Assembly (NCBI GenBank): GCA_008375315.1
Contig: CP032507.1
Coordinates: 2,874,071 to 2,938,070 of the forward strand
Direction: 5' to 3'
Length of the DNA stretch: 64,000 bases
DNA from: Ectothiorhodospiraceae bacterium BW-2
GTDB lineage: Bacteria > Pseudomonadota > Gammaproteobacteria > Thiohalomonadales > Thiohalomonadaceae
The notes beneath the pieces are model-generated. The model was not told the DNA's origin. It searched no databases and was given only the letters and a program-made list of their open reading frames with translations. The position numbers and the translations under genes were made by a program. Numbering within the stretch: the stretch's first letter is position 1; each line of letters starts with the position of its first letter. This document shows, piece by piece, positions 29,119 through 38,215 of this stretch.

Positions 29119-29691
29119 TTGGAACAGTTTTTTAGTCTAGTCTTCTCTTTTCCTACATTGATTTTTACTCTGCTGCTGCTATTTGCCTGCGGCTACTGGC
29201 TCTTGGCGGTTATCGGACTACTCGATATCGATATAGGAGGCTCTGAGCTGGGCGGGCTGGGGGGGGTGATGGTTACGCTAGGGTTAACGGGGGTACCGTT
29301 ACCGCTTGTGCTGACGCTGCTGTTTCTGTGGGGCTGGGTGGTGAGTTTTCTACTCTGTTATACCTTTGCCGCTTTGCCGGCACTGATCTGCCTAATCGTT
29401 GCTATGAGTGCCGCACTGCCGTTGACGGTGGTGATAGTGAAACCGTTAGCGCCGCTGTTTCGAGCGCTGCACGCAGCCCCTGAGCCAAAGCAGTTTGTCG
29501 GCAACATTTGTACCGTTCGCAGTGGCCGTGTCGATGCTAGCTTCGGTGAAGCGGTCATTACTATGAATGGAGCGGAGATTGTGCTACAGGTTCGAAGTGA
29601 AGCACATCTGTTTCAGCGTGGCGATAAGGGGCTGATTTTTGAGCAAGAAGAGCCGAAAAATATCTACTGGATTGCACCGTTAGAGGAGTAG
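29119..29691 (+). CDS. YqiJ/NfeD-like inner-membrane protein (flotillin partner, DUF1449-type)
   Basis: TTG start 1 nt after the trmO stop. The N-terminal half has four predicted TM helices. The C-terminal soluble domain (about 70 aa; VGNICTVRSGRVDASFGEAVITMNGAEIVLQVRS) resembles the NfeD OB-fold. Same relative position as E. coli yqiJ upstream of yqiK. Confidence 0.7.
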   Translation: MEQFFSLVFSFPTLIFTLLLLFACGYWLLAVIGLLDIDIGGSELGGLGGVMVTLGLTGVPLPLVLTLLFLWGWVVSFLLCYTFAALPALICLIVAMSAALPLTVVIVKPLAPLFRALHAAPEPKQFVGNICTVRSGRVDASFGEAVITMNGAEIVLQVRSEAHLFQRGDKGLIFEQEEPKNIYWIAPLEE

Positions 29692-29697
29692 GTTAAT

Positions 29698-30936
29698 TTG
29701 CCGATTACTAAGTCACTGGGTATTATATTTTTAGTCGTTTTTATTTTTTCAGTGCTGCTGTTTATACTCATATCCGATACAGTGATGGATAGAACGATAG
29801 GCGACATTGCGATTAAGGAGGAGACCCATACCTCGAAGCTGATTTTTCAGAGCCTCTACTCAGTGATGAGACGCGGATGGTCGCAGCAGGATATTGTTCA
29901 AATTGTAGGTAGCATACAGGAGACAATTCCCGATATTCGAGTTAACCTCTATCGCAGTGATGCTGTGGTTGAGCAGTATGGCGTAGCGCCGACAGAGTTT
30001 CATCCTCAGCAGTCAGATAGCCTCATTGAGCAGGTGTTCGCTTCTGGCCGGAGTCAACTGGTGGTCGAAAATGATCAGTTGCGTTTTGTGTACCCGATAA
30101 TAGCTGAAGCAGTGTGCTTAGGTTGCCATGTGACCGTTGAGGTAGGAGATCGACTCGGTTTGATAGAGATATATCAATCGACTGCCAAGCTGCGGGTACC
30201 GTTAGAGTATGCGGTTTTAAATATCATCTACATTTTTTTAAGCGCTGCGATTTTGCTTGGGATATCGCTATTTGTCGCTGTCCATATTTTTCTGGTTAAA
30301 CCGGTAAAACAGCTCGCTAGGGAGATAAATACCCTCTCTGAAAGTCACGATATCTCTCGCCGCCTTCCAGCGATGAAAACCGCTTTTTATGAGATTAAGT
30401 GGCTCCGTAAACAGTTTAATCTACTCCTAGGTCGAGTTGAGCTGTCGCTGCGGGAGTTAAGAGATCGCTCTGAGCGCGATCCCTTGACTGGGCTCTATAA
30501 CCGCAGAAAATTTGATGAGCTGGCTCTACAGGAGTTGCATCGTAGTCAACACCACCAGCACTCATTTGCGCTATTGATGGTCGATTTAAACCGCTTTAAG
30601 CCGATTAATGATACTTATGGCCATGAGGCCGGCGATGAGCTGCTTTGTGCCGTCGCTAGTGCTATGAGTCATGCGCTGAGGATGGAGGAGGTGATCTCCC
30701 GCATCGGTGGTGATGAGTTCTTGATACTGGTGCCTGAGTGCGGCACCGAGGAGGCGACTGCATTGTCTGATAAGCTATCTGCCTGTATTGAGCAGATGGC
30801 GGTGAAATATAAGGGAGATCACTTATCGGTTGGGTGTAGCCTTGGCGTTGCTATCTATCCGCATGATGGCCTGACGATGGCTGAACTTATACGAAAAGCC
30901 GATCAGAGAATGTATCGAAATAAACGGGATCGATAG
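29698..30936 (+). CDS. Membrane diguanylate cyclase (GGDEF) with a periplasmic CxxCH sensor domain
   Basis: TM1 (aa about 8-28), a periplasmic region of about 140 aa containing CLGCH (nt 30115-30129), TM2, then a GGDEF domain. The GGDEF domain has an intact active site (RIGGDEF) and upstream motifs (DPLTGLYNRR, LLMVDLNRFKPINDTYGHEAGDELL). TTG start. Confidence 0.85.
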   Translation: MPITKSLGIIFLVVFIFSVLLFILISDTVMDRTIGDIAIKEETHTSKLIFQSLYSVMRRGWSQQDIVQIVGSIQETIPDIRVNLYRSDAVVEQYGVAPTEFHPQQSDSLIEQVFASGRSQLVVENDQLRFVYPIIAEAVCLGCHVTVEVGDRLGLIEIYQSTAKLRVPLEYAVLNIIYIFLSAAILLGISLFVAVHIFLVKPVKQLAREINTLSESHDISRRLPAMKTAFYEIKWLRKQFNLLLGRVELSLRELRDRSERDPLTGLYNRRKFDELALQELHRSQHHQHSFALLMVDLNRFKPINDTYGHEAGDELLCAVASAMSHALRMEEVISRIGGDEFLILVPECGTEEATALSDKLSACIEQMAVKYKGDHLSVGCSLGVAIYPHDGLTMAELIRKADQRMYRNKRDR

Positions 30937-30991
30937 AACGATAGGGCAAGATCATTTTTTCTTTTTAACGACTATTTTGGGAGATGTGGAG

Positions 30992-33010
30992 ATGTTAGAT
31001 AGCTCAATTGCTATGCTGGTGATAACAACACTAGCGATTCTATTTGGGGTGCTCATTGTGATGCTACTGTTGATTAAGGCGTTCTATGTCAAAGTTAAGC
31101 AGGGGGAGGCATTGATTAAGAACGACACTAGCGCCACACCGAAGGTCTATTTTACCGGAGCGATGATACTACCGGTGATCCATAGTCGCGAAGTGATGAA
31201 GATTTCGGTCATTACCCTCGAAATCGACCGCCGAGCCAAAGATGGCCTGATCTGCAAAGATAATCTTCGTGCCGATATTACCGTCGCCTTCTATCTACGG
31301 GTGAATGAGACCGCCGCCGATGTACTAAAGGTAGCCAAGGCGGTCGGGGTAGAGCGAGCATCGAGTAAAGCGGCAGTGAATGAGCTCTTTAACGCCAAAT
31401 TCTCGGAGGCGTTAAAGACCGTCGGCAAGAAGATGGAGTTTTTAGAGCTATTTGAGAACCGAATTCAGTTTCGGGATCAAATTATCGAAGTGATAGGTCA
31501 GGATCTGAACGGCTATGTGCTCGAAGATGTGGCGATCGACTATCTGGAACAGACGCCAAAAACCGCCCTCGATGCCAATAATATCCTCGATTCGTTCGGG
31601 ATTCGTAAAATTACCGAAATTACCGCCGGCCAAAATATCGAAACCAATCGCTTAGAGCGTGACGAAGAGCTAGAGATGAAGCGCAAAAATGTCACCACCG
31701 AGGAGGCGATGCTAGAGCTAGAGCGACAGCAGGCCGATGCCATCGCACGGCAAAAGCGGGAGATAGGGACGATTCAGGCGCGAGAGGAGGCCGAGACCCA
31801 AAAAGTGATCGAAGAGGAGCGCCGCAAGGCGGGCGAAGCGAAACAGGAGACCGATGAGGCGCTACAGATTCGGGAGGAGAACAAACTGCGTCAAGTCGAA
31901 ATTTCGCGTAAAAATCGTGAACGAGCCATCGCTATCGAAGAGGAGAAGGTGCTCAAAGCGCGGGCGATGGAGCAGGTTAGCCGCGAGCGCGAAGTCGAAC
32001 TACAGCGAATTGAGGCCGAAAAGGCGCTAGAGATCGAACGAAAATTAATTGCCAGCACCCTTAGTGAACGGATTGCGGTCGAAAAGAGGGTCGCTGAAGA
32101 GGAGGAGCGGATTAAGGAGGTGCGTCAAATTTCCGAAGCCGAGCGAGCCAAACAGGTTCGACTGCTACAGGCCCAAGCCGAGGCGCAAGAGGCGTTAGAG
32201 AAGGAGGTACGCCAAGCGGAGGCCGATGCCCAAAAGGCGATCCATAGAGCCAAAGAGATAAACACCATCGCCCAAGCGGAGCTAGAGGCATCGGCTAAAG
32301 ATGCCGAAGCGAAGATTAAACGGGCCGAGGGGACACAGGCGGAGCAGGCCGCGAGCGGTTTAGCCGCAGCGCGGGTACAGGAGGCGAAGGCACTAGCACT
32401 AGAGAAGGAGGGCCTTGCTAAGGCGGCGGCAGATGAGGCGATTGGCATGGCCGCTGTACGAGTGACCGTCGCCGAAATAGAGGCACAAGAGCGCCAAGGG
32501 TTAACTGAGGCGAAAGTGCTAGAGGCGAGAATGGCCGCCGAAGCGCAGGGGGAAGAGAGCAAAGGGCGAGCGCTCGCAACAGCCGAGCGAGAGCGGGGGC
32601 TAGCGAGTGCCGATGTCATTCGTGAAAAGGCGAAGGCCGAAGCCGAAGGGTTAGCGGAGAAGTTCGAGGCGATGGCGCAGATGAGCCCCGAAGCGCACCA
32701 ATTTGAAGAGCTGCGAATGAAGCTCGAAATGGCCTTTGAGGAGACGATGGCGACGATTGAGGCCAATAAGAGTATCGCCGTTGAGCAAGCTGAGGTGTTA
32801 GCCAAAGCTCTTGAGGGGGCTAAAATCGAGATTGTCGGGGGGGATGGTGACTACTTTAACAACTTTGCTAAGGCGCTCTCGGTCGGCAACGCGATGAATG
32901 GTGCCCTCAGTAAGAGCCCGATGCTGCAAGCGGCGCTCAACCGTTTAGTCTCACTAGGGGAGAGGAGCTTAGAGTCATCATTAGAGTCATCAAAAGAGCG
33001 GCAAGAGTAA
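30992..33010 (+). CDS. Flotillin-family SPFH/Band-7 protein (YqiK/FloT-like)
   Basis: N-terminal TM anchor. SPFH domain alignable to E. coli YqiK (VITLEIDRRAKDGLICKDNLRADITVAFYLRV..., FRDQIIEVIGQDLNGYVLEDVAIDYLEQT). Long Ala/Glu/Lys/Arg-rich coiled-coil flotillin tail. The track starts at TTG 30977; the ATG at 30992 with a GGAG RBS is preferred. Confidence 0.85.
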   Translation: MLDSSIAMLVITTLAILFGVLIVMLLLIKAFYVKVKQGEALIKNDTSATPKVYFTGAMILPVIHSREVMKISVITLEIDRRAKDGLICKDNLRADITVAFYLRVNETAADVLKVAKAVGVERASSKAAVNELFNAKFSEALKTVGKKMEFLELFENRIQFRDQIIEVIGQDLNGYVLEDVAIDYLEQTPKTALDANNILDSFGIRKITEITAGQNIETNRLERDEELEMKRKNVTTEEAMLELERQQADAIARQKREIGTIQAREEAETQKVIEEERRKAGEAKQETDEALQIREENKLRQVEISRKNRERAIAIEEEKVLKARAMEQVSREREVELQRIEAEKALEIERKLIASTLSERIAVEKRVAEEEERIKEVRQISEAERAKQVRLLQAQAEAQEALEKEVRQAEADAQKAIHRAKEINTIAQAELEASAKDAEAKIKRAEGTQAEQAASGLAAARVQEAKALALEKEGLAKAAADEAIGMAAVRVTVAEIEAQERQGLTEAKVLEARMAAEAQGEESKGRALATAERERGLASADVIREKAKAEAEGLAEKFEAMAQMSPEAHQFEELRMKLEMAFEETMATIEANKSIAVEQAEVLAKALEGAKIEIVGGDGDYFNNFAKALSVGNAMNGALSKSPMLQAALNRLVSLGERSLESSLESSKERQE

Positions 33011-33016
33011 ACTGCC

Positions 33017-36000
33017 ATGAGCTTTGAGGCAGCAGCGAATCGAGCCGAGAGCGCGGTAGCCGCCGGTGGCGCTTATGAGATCGTTCGTAAACGGCTACTA
33101 CAGCAGGCAGGAGAGCTACAGCAGCAGATTGAGGCACTCAACCGCGCCCGTCTAGCCGAGTTCGGCTCCACCGACATGAAGGTGGTTGGCCGAGCGCGAG
33201 TGCGTACCGACAACAGCGCGATCGCCCGCGATGTGGTGCGGGTGGGGGAGTATCTTCTGCTAGGGTGTAACCTCTATCTAGGGCTCAAGCAGCAGCTAGA
33301 GGTGGCAGATATTTTTCTGCTATTTCGGCTGTTAGAGCAGCCTGATGGGATTGAGCTAGAGCCGGTCGATATTCGCCACACCTTTTTACACGATGAGCGG
33401 TTTGTGAATGAGTTTAACGAGCTGCACACCTACTACCGTGATACCCATCTCAGTCAGTTAAGGGTGATAGATGGCCGGCTACTCGCTAGCTTTCAGATGG
33501 GGGAACGGTTAAGCGATATTCGAGTCTTTCGCTGGCAACTATCGGCCGATGGGAGAGAGATTACCTATATCGATAATCGTGGCGAGCGCGATATTGCGCT
33601 ACCGCCGCCATACGATTTTGAGTGGTTAGTCGCCGGTCATGAGGCGCGGGTGGAGGGGCGATATCCCCATATCAATATTCTCGATACCCTATTTGTCGAT
33701 ACCCTTGGCGGCCAGTTAACGGTTAAAGTCGAAAACAATACCGCCTCAGGGGAGGGAATCTTCTCCGAACCGGTCGAAGATAGCCACCAGTCACTCGATG
33801 ATGCCGAGTTTCACTACGCCGCAGTCGGGCAGCTCATTCTATTAAAAATTCGTCCCTATCAGGAGCCAAAATGGCGCTATCTGCTCTTTAATCGATTGAC
33901 ACAACAGGTTGTGCGCCTTGATGCGATTGGCCACTGCTGTCGGCAACTACCGGAGGATCACGGACTTATCTTCCCCGGCGGTCTCTATCTACAAAGCGGC
34001 GAGTACAAACAGTTCGATTTAGAGCTACCAAAGGGGCGAGAGCTGGTTTTTAAACGCATGATTCGCAGCCCTAACGGTGAAGATGTGCTCTACCTCTTCT
34101 ACGAGCCCTATGCGGGGCTAGTGGCGCTCTACCCCTATAACTTAATCGATAAACAGCTACGCACCCCCCTCTATGCCCACGGCTATGGCCTATTTGAAGA
34201 TGGCCGCATGGTGCTCTTCTCTGCCGAGGGGGAGCCGACCCGCGTCCATCCGATGCAGATTTGGCAGACGCCGTTTGTCTCTGATCTTTTTGCCAGTCGC
34301 CAACCGGTATCGCAGTCGCTCTACGGTAAGATAGGCAATGCGGAGTTAGTGCGCGGCATTTCGGAGCTATTAAGCGTGGTGAAACTGGCCACGCGGGATG
34401 AGGTTCGCGCCGCCCACTACCACGAGCTGATTAAGATCAGCTCGACCCTCTTTGATCGCTACTACTGGCTCGCAGAGGCGCAGCACCAGCCGATAGCCAC
34501 CCTACTACACCAGCTACTTGAGAGTGCCGAGCTCATTCTCGATGAGTATGAGAAGGTCGAGACGATTCAAAAGAGCTCGCAAGCGGCGCTACAGCAGGCT
34601 AAGCATGAGCTAAAAACGCAGCTACGACAGCTAGAGCCGGAGGGGTGGCACACCCCACAGCCCTTCGTCGAGGGGTTAGCGGCACTGAGGCGGATGCGGG
34701 GCCATCTACTGACGATTCGCGGCTATCGCTATATCGATACCGATCAGATCGATCAACTCACCACCGAGCTGCAACAGGCGCAGCAGCAGTTAGCGACAGA
34801 GGCGGTCGATTTTCTGGCCAAAGAGGAGGCCCTAGCCCCCCTCTACAGTGAGCTAACACAGCTAAATCGCACCGCTGAGCAGAGCCGCAGTGGTGCCGAA
34901 CTAACGCCGCTACTAGCGCGGCTAGCGCAGCTTGGGGAGGGGCTCGATCTGCTGACCGAAACCATGAGCGCCATGACCGAGGCCGACCCTAATGTAAGAG
35001 CGGCCATTATTGAGGCGATTTCGGCGCTATACGCCCAGCTCAATCAGAGCAGAGCGAGGATCGATAACCGGCACCAATCGTTAGGGCTAGCTGAGGCCGA
35101 AGCGCAGTTTGGTGCCCGTTTTAAACTCCTCTCCCAAAGTGTCACCAACGGCCTATCGATGGCCACGACACCTGATAGGAGCGATGAGCAGCTAGCGCGA
35201 ATGATGGCGCAGCTACAGGAGCTGGAGAGTCAATTTGGCGACTTTGAGCGCTTTTTAGGCGATATTCTCGACAAGCGCGACGAAATTGTCGAGATCTTCG
35301 AGAGCCATAAGCAGCAGCTTATAGAACAGCGGCAGCGGCGAGCGCAGACGCTATTTGATGCCGCTGGCCGAATGTTAGCCACCCTTTTGCGCCGTAGTCA
35401 GAAGATAGCCGACGAAGATGAGCTTAACGCCCTATTTGCCGCCGATCCATTAGTGGAGAAGATTCGGCAGCTCATTGAGCAGCTACATGGACTTGATGAC
35501 TCGGTGCGGGCTGAGGAGCTAGAGTCGCAGTTTAAAACGGGGCGGGATCAGGCGCTGCGTTCGCTACGGGATCGGCGTGATATCTACGAAGAGGGGGGAG
35601 CGGTTATCAAATTGGGGCCCCGACACAAATTTAGTGTCAACACCCAGCCGCTCGATTTAACGATTTTGCCGCGTGGGCAGCGGCTCTACTACCACCTAAC
35701 CGGCACCGAGTTTTATGAAGCGGTCGGTGAGCCGATGCTAGATCAGGCCAAAGCCTACTGGCAGATGGCACTGCCGTCAGAGGATCACAACCTCTATCGT
35801 GGCGAGTATCTAGCCGGGCTCATGCTTAGCGCCGCAGAGCAGCAGCACCCCTTCACGCTAGTGCAGCTCTCTGAGTGGATAAATAGTCCGGCAGAGCTGT
35901 TGCAGCAGGTACGCCAATTTGCCGCCCCGCGCTATAAAGAGGGGTATGAGCGCGGTATTCACGACCACGATGCGGCGCTCATTCTTACCGCCTTGGTACC

Positions 36001-38209
36001 GAAACTGGTGGGGGCGGCGCAGTTACGCTTCGATCCAGAAGCACGAGCGATGGCACTACTCTACTGGGGCTCCCAACAGCGACTAGCGACCGAGCTACCG
36101 CTTAAAGCGCGAGCGGCGGCGCAGCTAAATCATCAGCTAGGCTATCGCGAAGCGCGACAGCAGCTACAGCAGCAGCTAGCGGGCGAATTAGAGGCGTTTT
36201 TGACAACCCGTTTACCCCAGTGTAGCCATGAAGTGGCACTGCGTGCCGCCGACTACCTGCTAACCGAGCTGTCGGTGGAGCAGCCGGAGTTTAGCCAGAG
36301 TCGTGAAGCGGTCGAGCTATTAGAGCGGCTACGATTAGAGCTAGGTGCCGCCTCCTCATGGCAGCTACTAGAGCAGCAGCTACGGCAGTGGCGGGAGGAG
36401 CCGCTAACCGCCTTTCAGTGGGTACGCTTCTGGTGCCGTGGTGTGGTAGAGCAACACCAGCTAAGTACGCTGGAGGAGGTGGTCGATGAGGTAGCGGCCG
36501 ATCTCGTCTGTGCTCACCAGCTACGACTGCGGCCCCACAGCTTTGATCTCAGTTACCGCATTGAGGGGCTATTAGGGAGTCATGAGACTCTAACCGAGGG
36601 GCGGTTAGAGGGGCGGCTAGATCGATTTTTGCTCCGCTTTTCGCGCCACCAGCAGGTGATCTTGCCGGCGTGGAGCGGCTACCAAACGCTACGACAGCAG
36701 GTGATAGAGCAGCAGAAGCGCCGCCTGCGGCTGGCGCAGTACCAATCGAAACCGCTCGCCTCTTTTGTCCGTAACCGACTGATTAACGAAGCCTATCTGC
36801 CCATTATCGGTGATAATTTAGCCAAACAGATGGGAACTGTCGGCGAGGGGCGTCGTAGCGATCTTATGGGGCTACTGATGGTGATCTCCCCGCCCGGTTA
36901 CGGTAAAACCACCTTGATGGAGTATGTTGCTAACCGACTTGGGCTGATCTTTATGAAGATTAACTGCCCCTCCATCGGGCACCAGATCGATGCGCTCGAT
37001 CCGGCGCAGGCACCGAATGCCACCGCCGCCCAAGAGCTGGAGAAGCTCAACTTAGCACTAGAGATGGGCAACAATACCATGCTCTATCTGGACGATATTC
37101 AGCACACCAATCCGGAGTTTTTACAAAAATTTATCTCGCTATGCGATGCCACTCGCCGTATTGAGGGGGTGTGGCGTGGCGAGACGAAAAGCTACGATCT
37201 GCGCGGTAAGAAGTTCTGTGTGGTGATGGCGGGTAACCCCTATACCGAAAGCGGCGAGCTGTTTAAGATCCCCGATATGTTGGCCAATCGCGCCGACATC
37301 TACAATTTGGGGGATGTCTTAAGCGGTATGGATGAGATATTTGCCCTAAGCTATATCGAAAACTGCCTCACCTCTAATGCGGTATTAGCACCGTTAGCAA
37401 ATCGTGAGATGGCCGACTTCTACCGCTTTATCGCCCTCATTCGGGGCGAAGAGGTCGCCGATAGTGACTTTAGCCACCCCTATAGCGGTGCTGAGATTGG
37501 GGAGATCGTCGCGACTTTAAAACGGCTCCAACAGGTGCAGCAGGTGGTGTTGCGGGTTAATCGAGCCTATATCAGCTCCGCTGCGCAGGATGAGCGCTAT
37601 CGAACCGAACCGCCCTTTAAGCTCCAGGGGAGCTACCGCAATATGAACAAAATGGCCGAAAAGATCTCAGCGGTAATGAGCGATGAGGAGCTACAACAGC
37701 TCATTGCCGACCACTATCGGGGCGAAGCACAGCTACTGACGGGGGGAACAGAGGCTAATCTGCTCAAACTAGCCGAGCTTCAAGGTAGCCTCACTCTCGA
37801 ACAGCAGCAGCGCTGGCAGGCGATTAAGGCGGAGTTTCAGCGTCAGCAGAGTCTAGGTGGCGAGGGGGAGGTGGGCGATAAGATCGTGGCGCAGCTCTAC
37901 GATCTGGTCGAGCAGGTTAAACAGCTTCGTGAGCCGCTTAACCACACGGTAGCCCCACCGCTCGAACTCCCCCCCCCGAACTACACCATAGAGATCAACA
38001 CCCCCCCTCCGGCGGGGGTCGAAGCGACTCTACAGGCGATGGTCGCTCTGCTGGAAAACACTCTGTTCCCACTGGTGAAGGCGATGGACGGCAAACTTAA
38101 CCTAGATCTAAAAACCAACGCCTATTTGCAAAATATCTTGCGGCAGATGGAGCGGTTAAGGAGCGAGATCCATGGAAAACCAAAGGGGCCAGAGTCGATA
38201 GCCCCCTAA
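33017..38209 (+). CDS. Giant (1730 aa) protein with a C-terminal MoxR/dynein-like AAA+ ATPase module. No known family recognised.
   Basis: A single uninterrupted ORF starting 7 nt after the flotillin stop. Walker A VISPPGYGKTT (nt about 36896-36913, aa about 1294). Walker B NTMLYLDDIQH (nt about 37079-37096). Sensor-1 VVMAGNPYTES, which is MoxR 'ATQNP'-like. Arg-finger region ANRADIY. The upstream about 1250 aa is largely alpha-helical/coiled-coil with a non-helical region at aa about 60-450. No TM segments. Confidence 0.85.
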   Translation: MSFEAAANRAESAVAAGGAYEIVRKRLLQQAGELQQQIEALNRARLAEFGSTDMKVVGRARVRTDNSAIARDVVRVGEYLLLGCNLYLGLKQQLEVADIFLLFRLLEQPDGIELEPVDIRHTFLHDERFVNEFNELHTYYRDTHLSQLRVIDGRLLASFQMGERLSDIRVFRWQLSADGREITYIDNRGERDIALPPPYDFEWLVAGHEARVEGRYPHINILDTLFVDTLGGQLTVKVENNTASGEGIFSEPVEDSHQSLDDAEFHYAAVGQLILLKIRPYQEPKWRYLLFNRLTQQVVRLDAIGHCCRQLPEDHGLIFPGGLYLQSGEYKQFDLELPKGRELVFKRMIRSPNGEDVLYLFYEPYAGLVALYPYNLIDKQLRTPLYAHGYGLFEDGRMVLFSAEGEPTRVHPMQIWQTPFVSDLFASRQPVSQSLYGKIGNAELVRGISELLSVVKLATRDEVRAAHYHELIKISSTLFDRYYWLAEAQHQPIATLLHQLLESAELILDEYEKVETIQKSSQAALQQAKHELKTQLRQLEPEGWHTPQPFVEGLAALRRMRGHLLTIRGYRYIDTDQIDQLTTELQQAQQQLATEAVDFLAKEEALAPLYSELTQLNRTAEQSRSGAELTPLLARLAQLGEGLDLLTETMSAMTEADPNVRAAIIEAISALYAQLNQSRARIDNRHQSLGLAEAEAQFGARFKLLSQSVTNGLSMATTPDRSDEQLARMMAQLQELESQFGDFERFLGDILDKRDEIVEIFESHKQQLIEQRQRRAQTLFDAAGRMLATLLRRSQKIADEDELNALFAADPLVEKIRQLIEQLHGLDDSVRAEELESQFKTGRDQALRSLRDRRDIYEEGGAVIKLGPRHKFSVNTQPLDLTILPRGQRLYYHLTGTEFYEAVGEPMLDQAKAYWQMALPSEDHNLYRGEYLAGLMLSAAEQQHPFTLVQLSEWINSPAELLQQVRQFAAPRYKEGYERGIHDHDAALILTALVPKLVGAAQLRFDPEARAMALLYWGSQQRLATELPLKARAAAQLNHQLGYREARQQLQQQLAGELEAFLTTRLPQCSHEVALRAADYLLTELSVEQPEFSQSREAVELLERLRLELGAASSWQLLEQQLRQWREEPLTAFQWVRFWCRGVVEQHQLSTLEEVVDEVAADLVCAHQLRLRPHSFDLSYRIEGLLGSHETLTEGRLEGRLDRFLLRFSRHQQVILPAWSGYQTLRQQVIEQQKRRLRLAQYQSKPLASFVRNRLINEAYLPIIGDNLAKQMGTVGEGRRSDLMGLLMVISPPGYGKTTLMEYVANRLGLIFMKINCPSIGHQIDALDPAQAPNATAAQELEKLNLALEMGNNTMLYLDDIQHTNPEFLQKFISLCDATRRIEGVWRGETKSYDLRGKKFCVVMAGNPYTESGELFKIPDMLANRADIYNLGDVLSGMDEIFALSYIENCLTSNAVLAPLANREMADFYRFIALIRGEEVADSDFSHPYSGAEIGEIVATLKRLQQVQQVVLRVNRAYISSAAQDERYRTEPPFKLQGSYRNMNKMAEKISAVMSDEELQQLIADHYRGEAQLLTGGTEANLLKLAELQGSLTLEQQQRWQAIKAEFQRQQSLGGEGEVGDKIVAQLYDLVEQVKQLREPLNHTVAPPLELPPPNYTIEINTPPPAGVEATLQAMVALLENTLFPLVKAMDGKLNLDLKTNAYLQNILRQMERLRSEIHGKPKGPESIAP

Positions 38210-38215
38210 CCGCCG

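Noticed and set aside
32125-32805. A 226-aa Ala/Ser-rich ORF antisense to the flotillin coiled-coil region.
   Set aside because: An artefact of the GC-rich, Ala/Glu/Lys-repetitive coiled-coil coding sequence on the opposite strand. No start context. It lies fully inside a well-supported gene.
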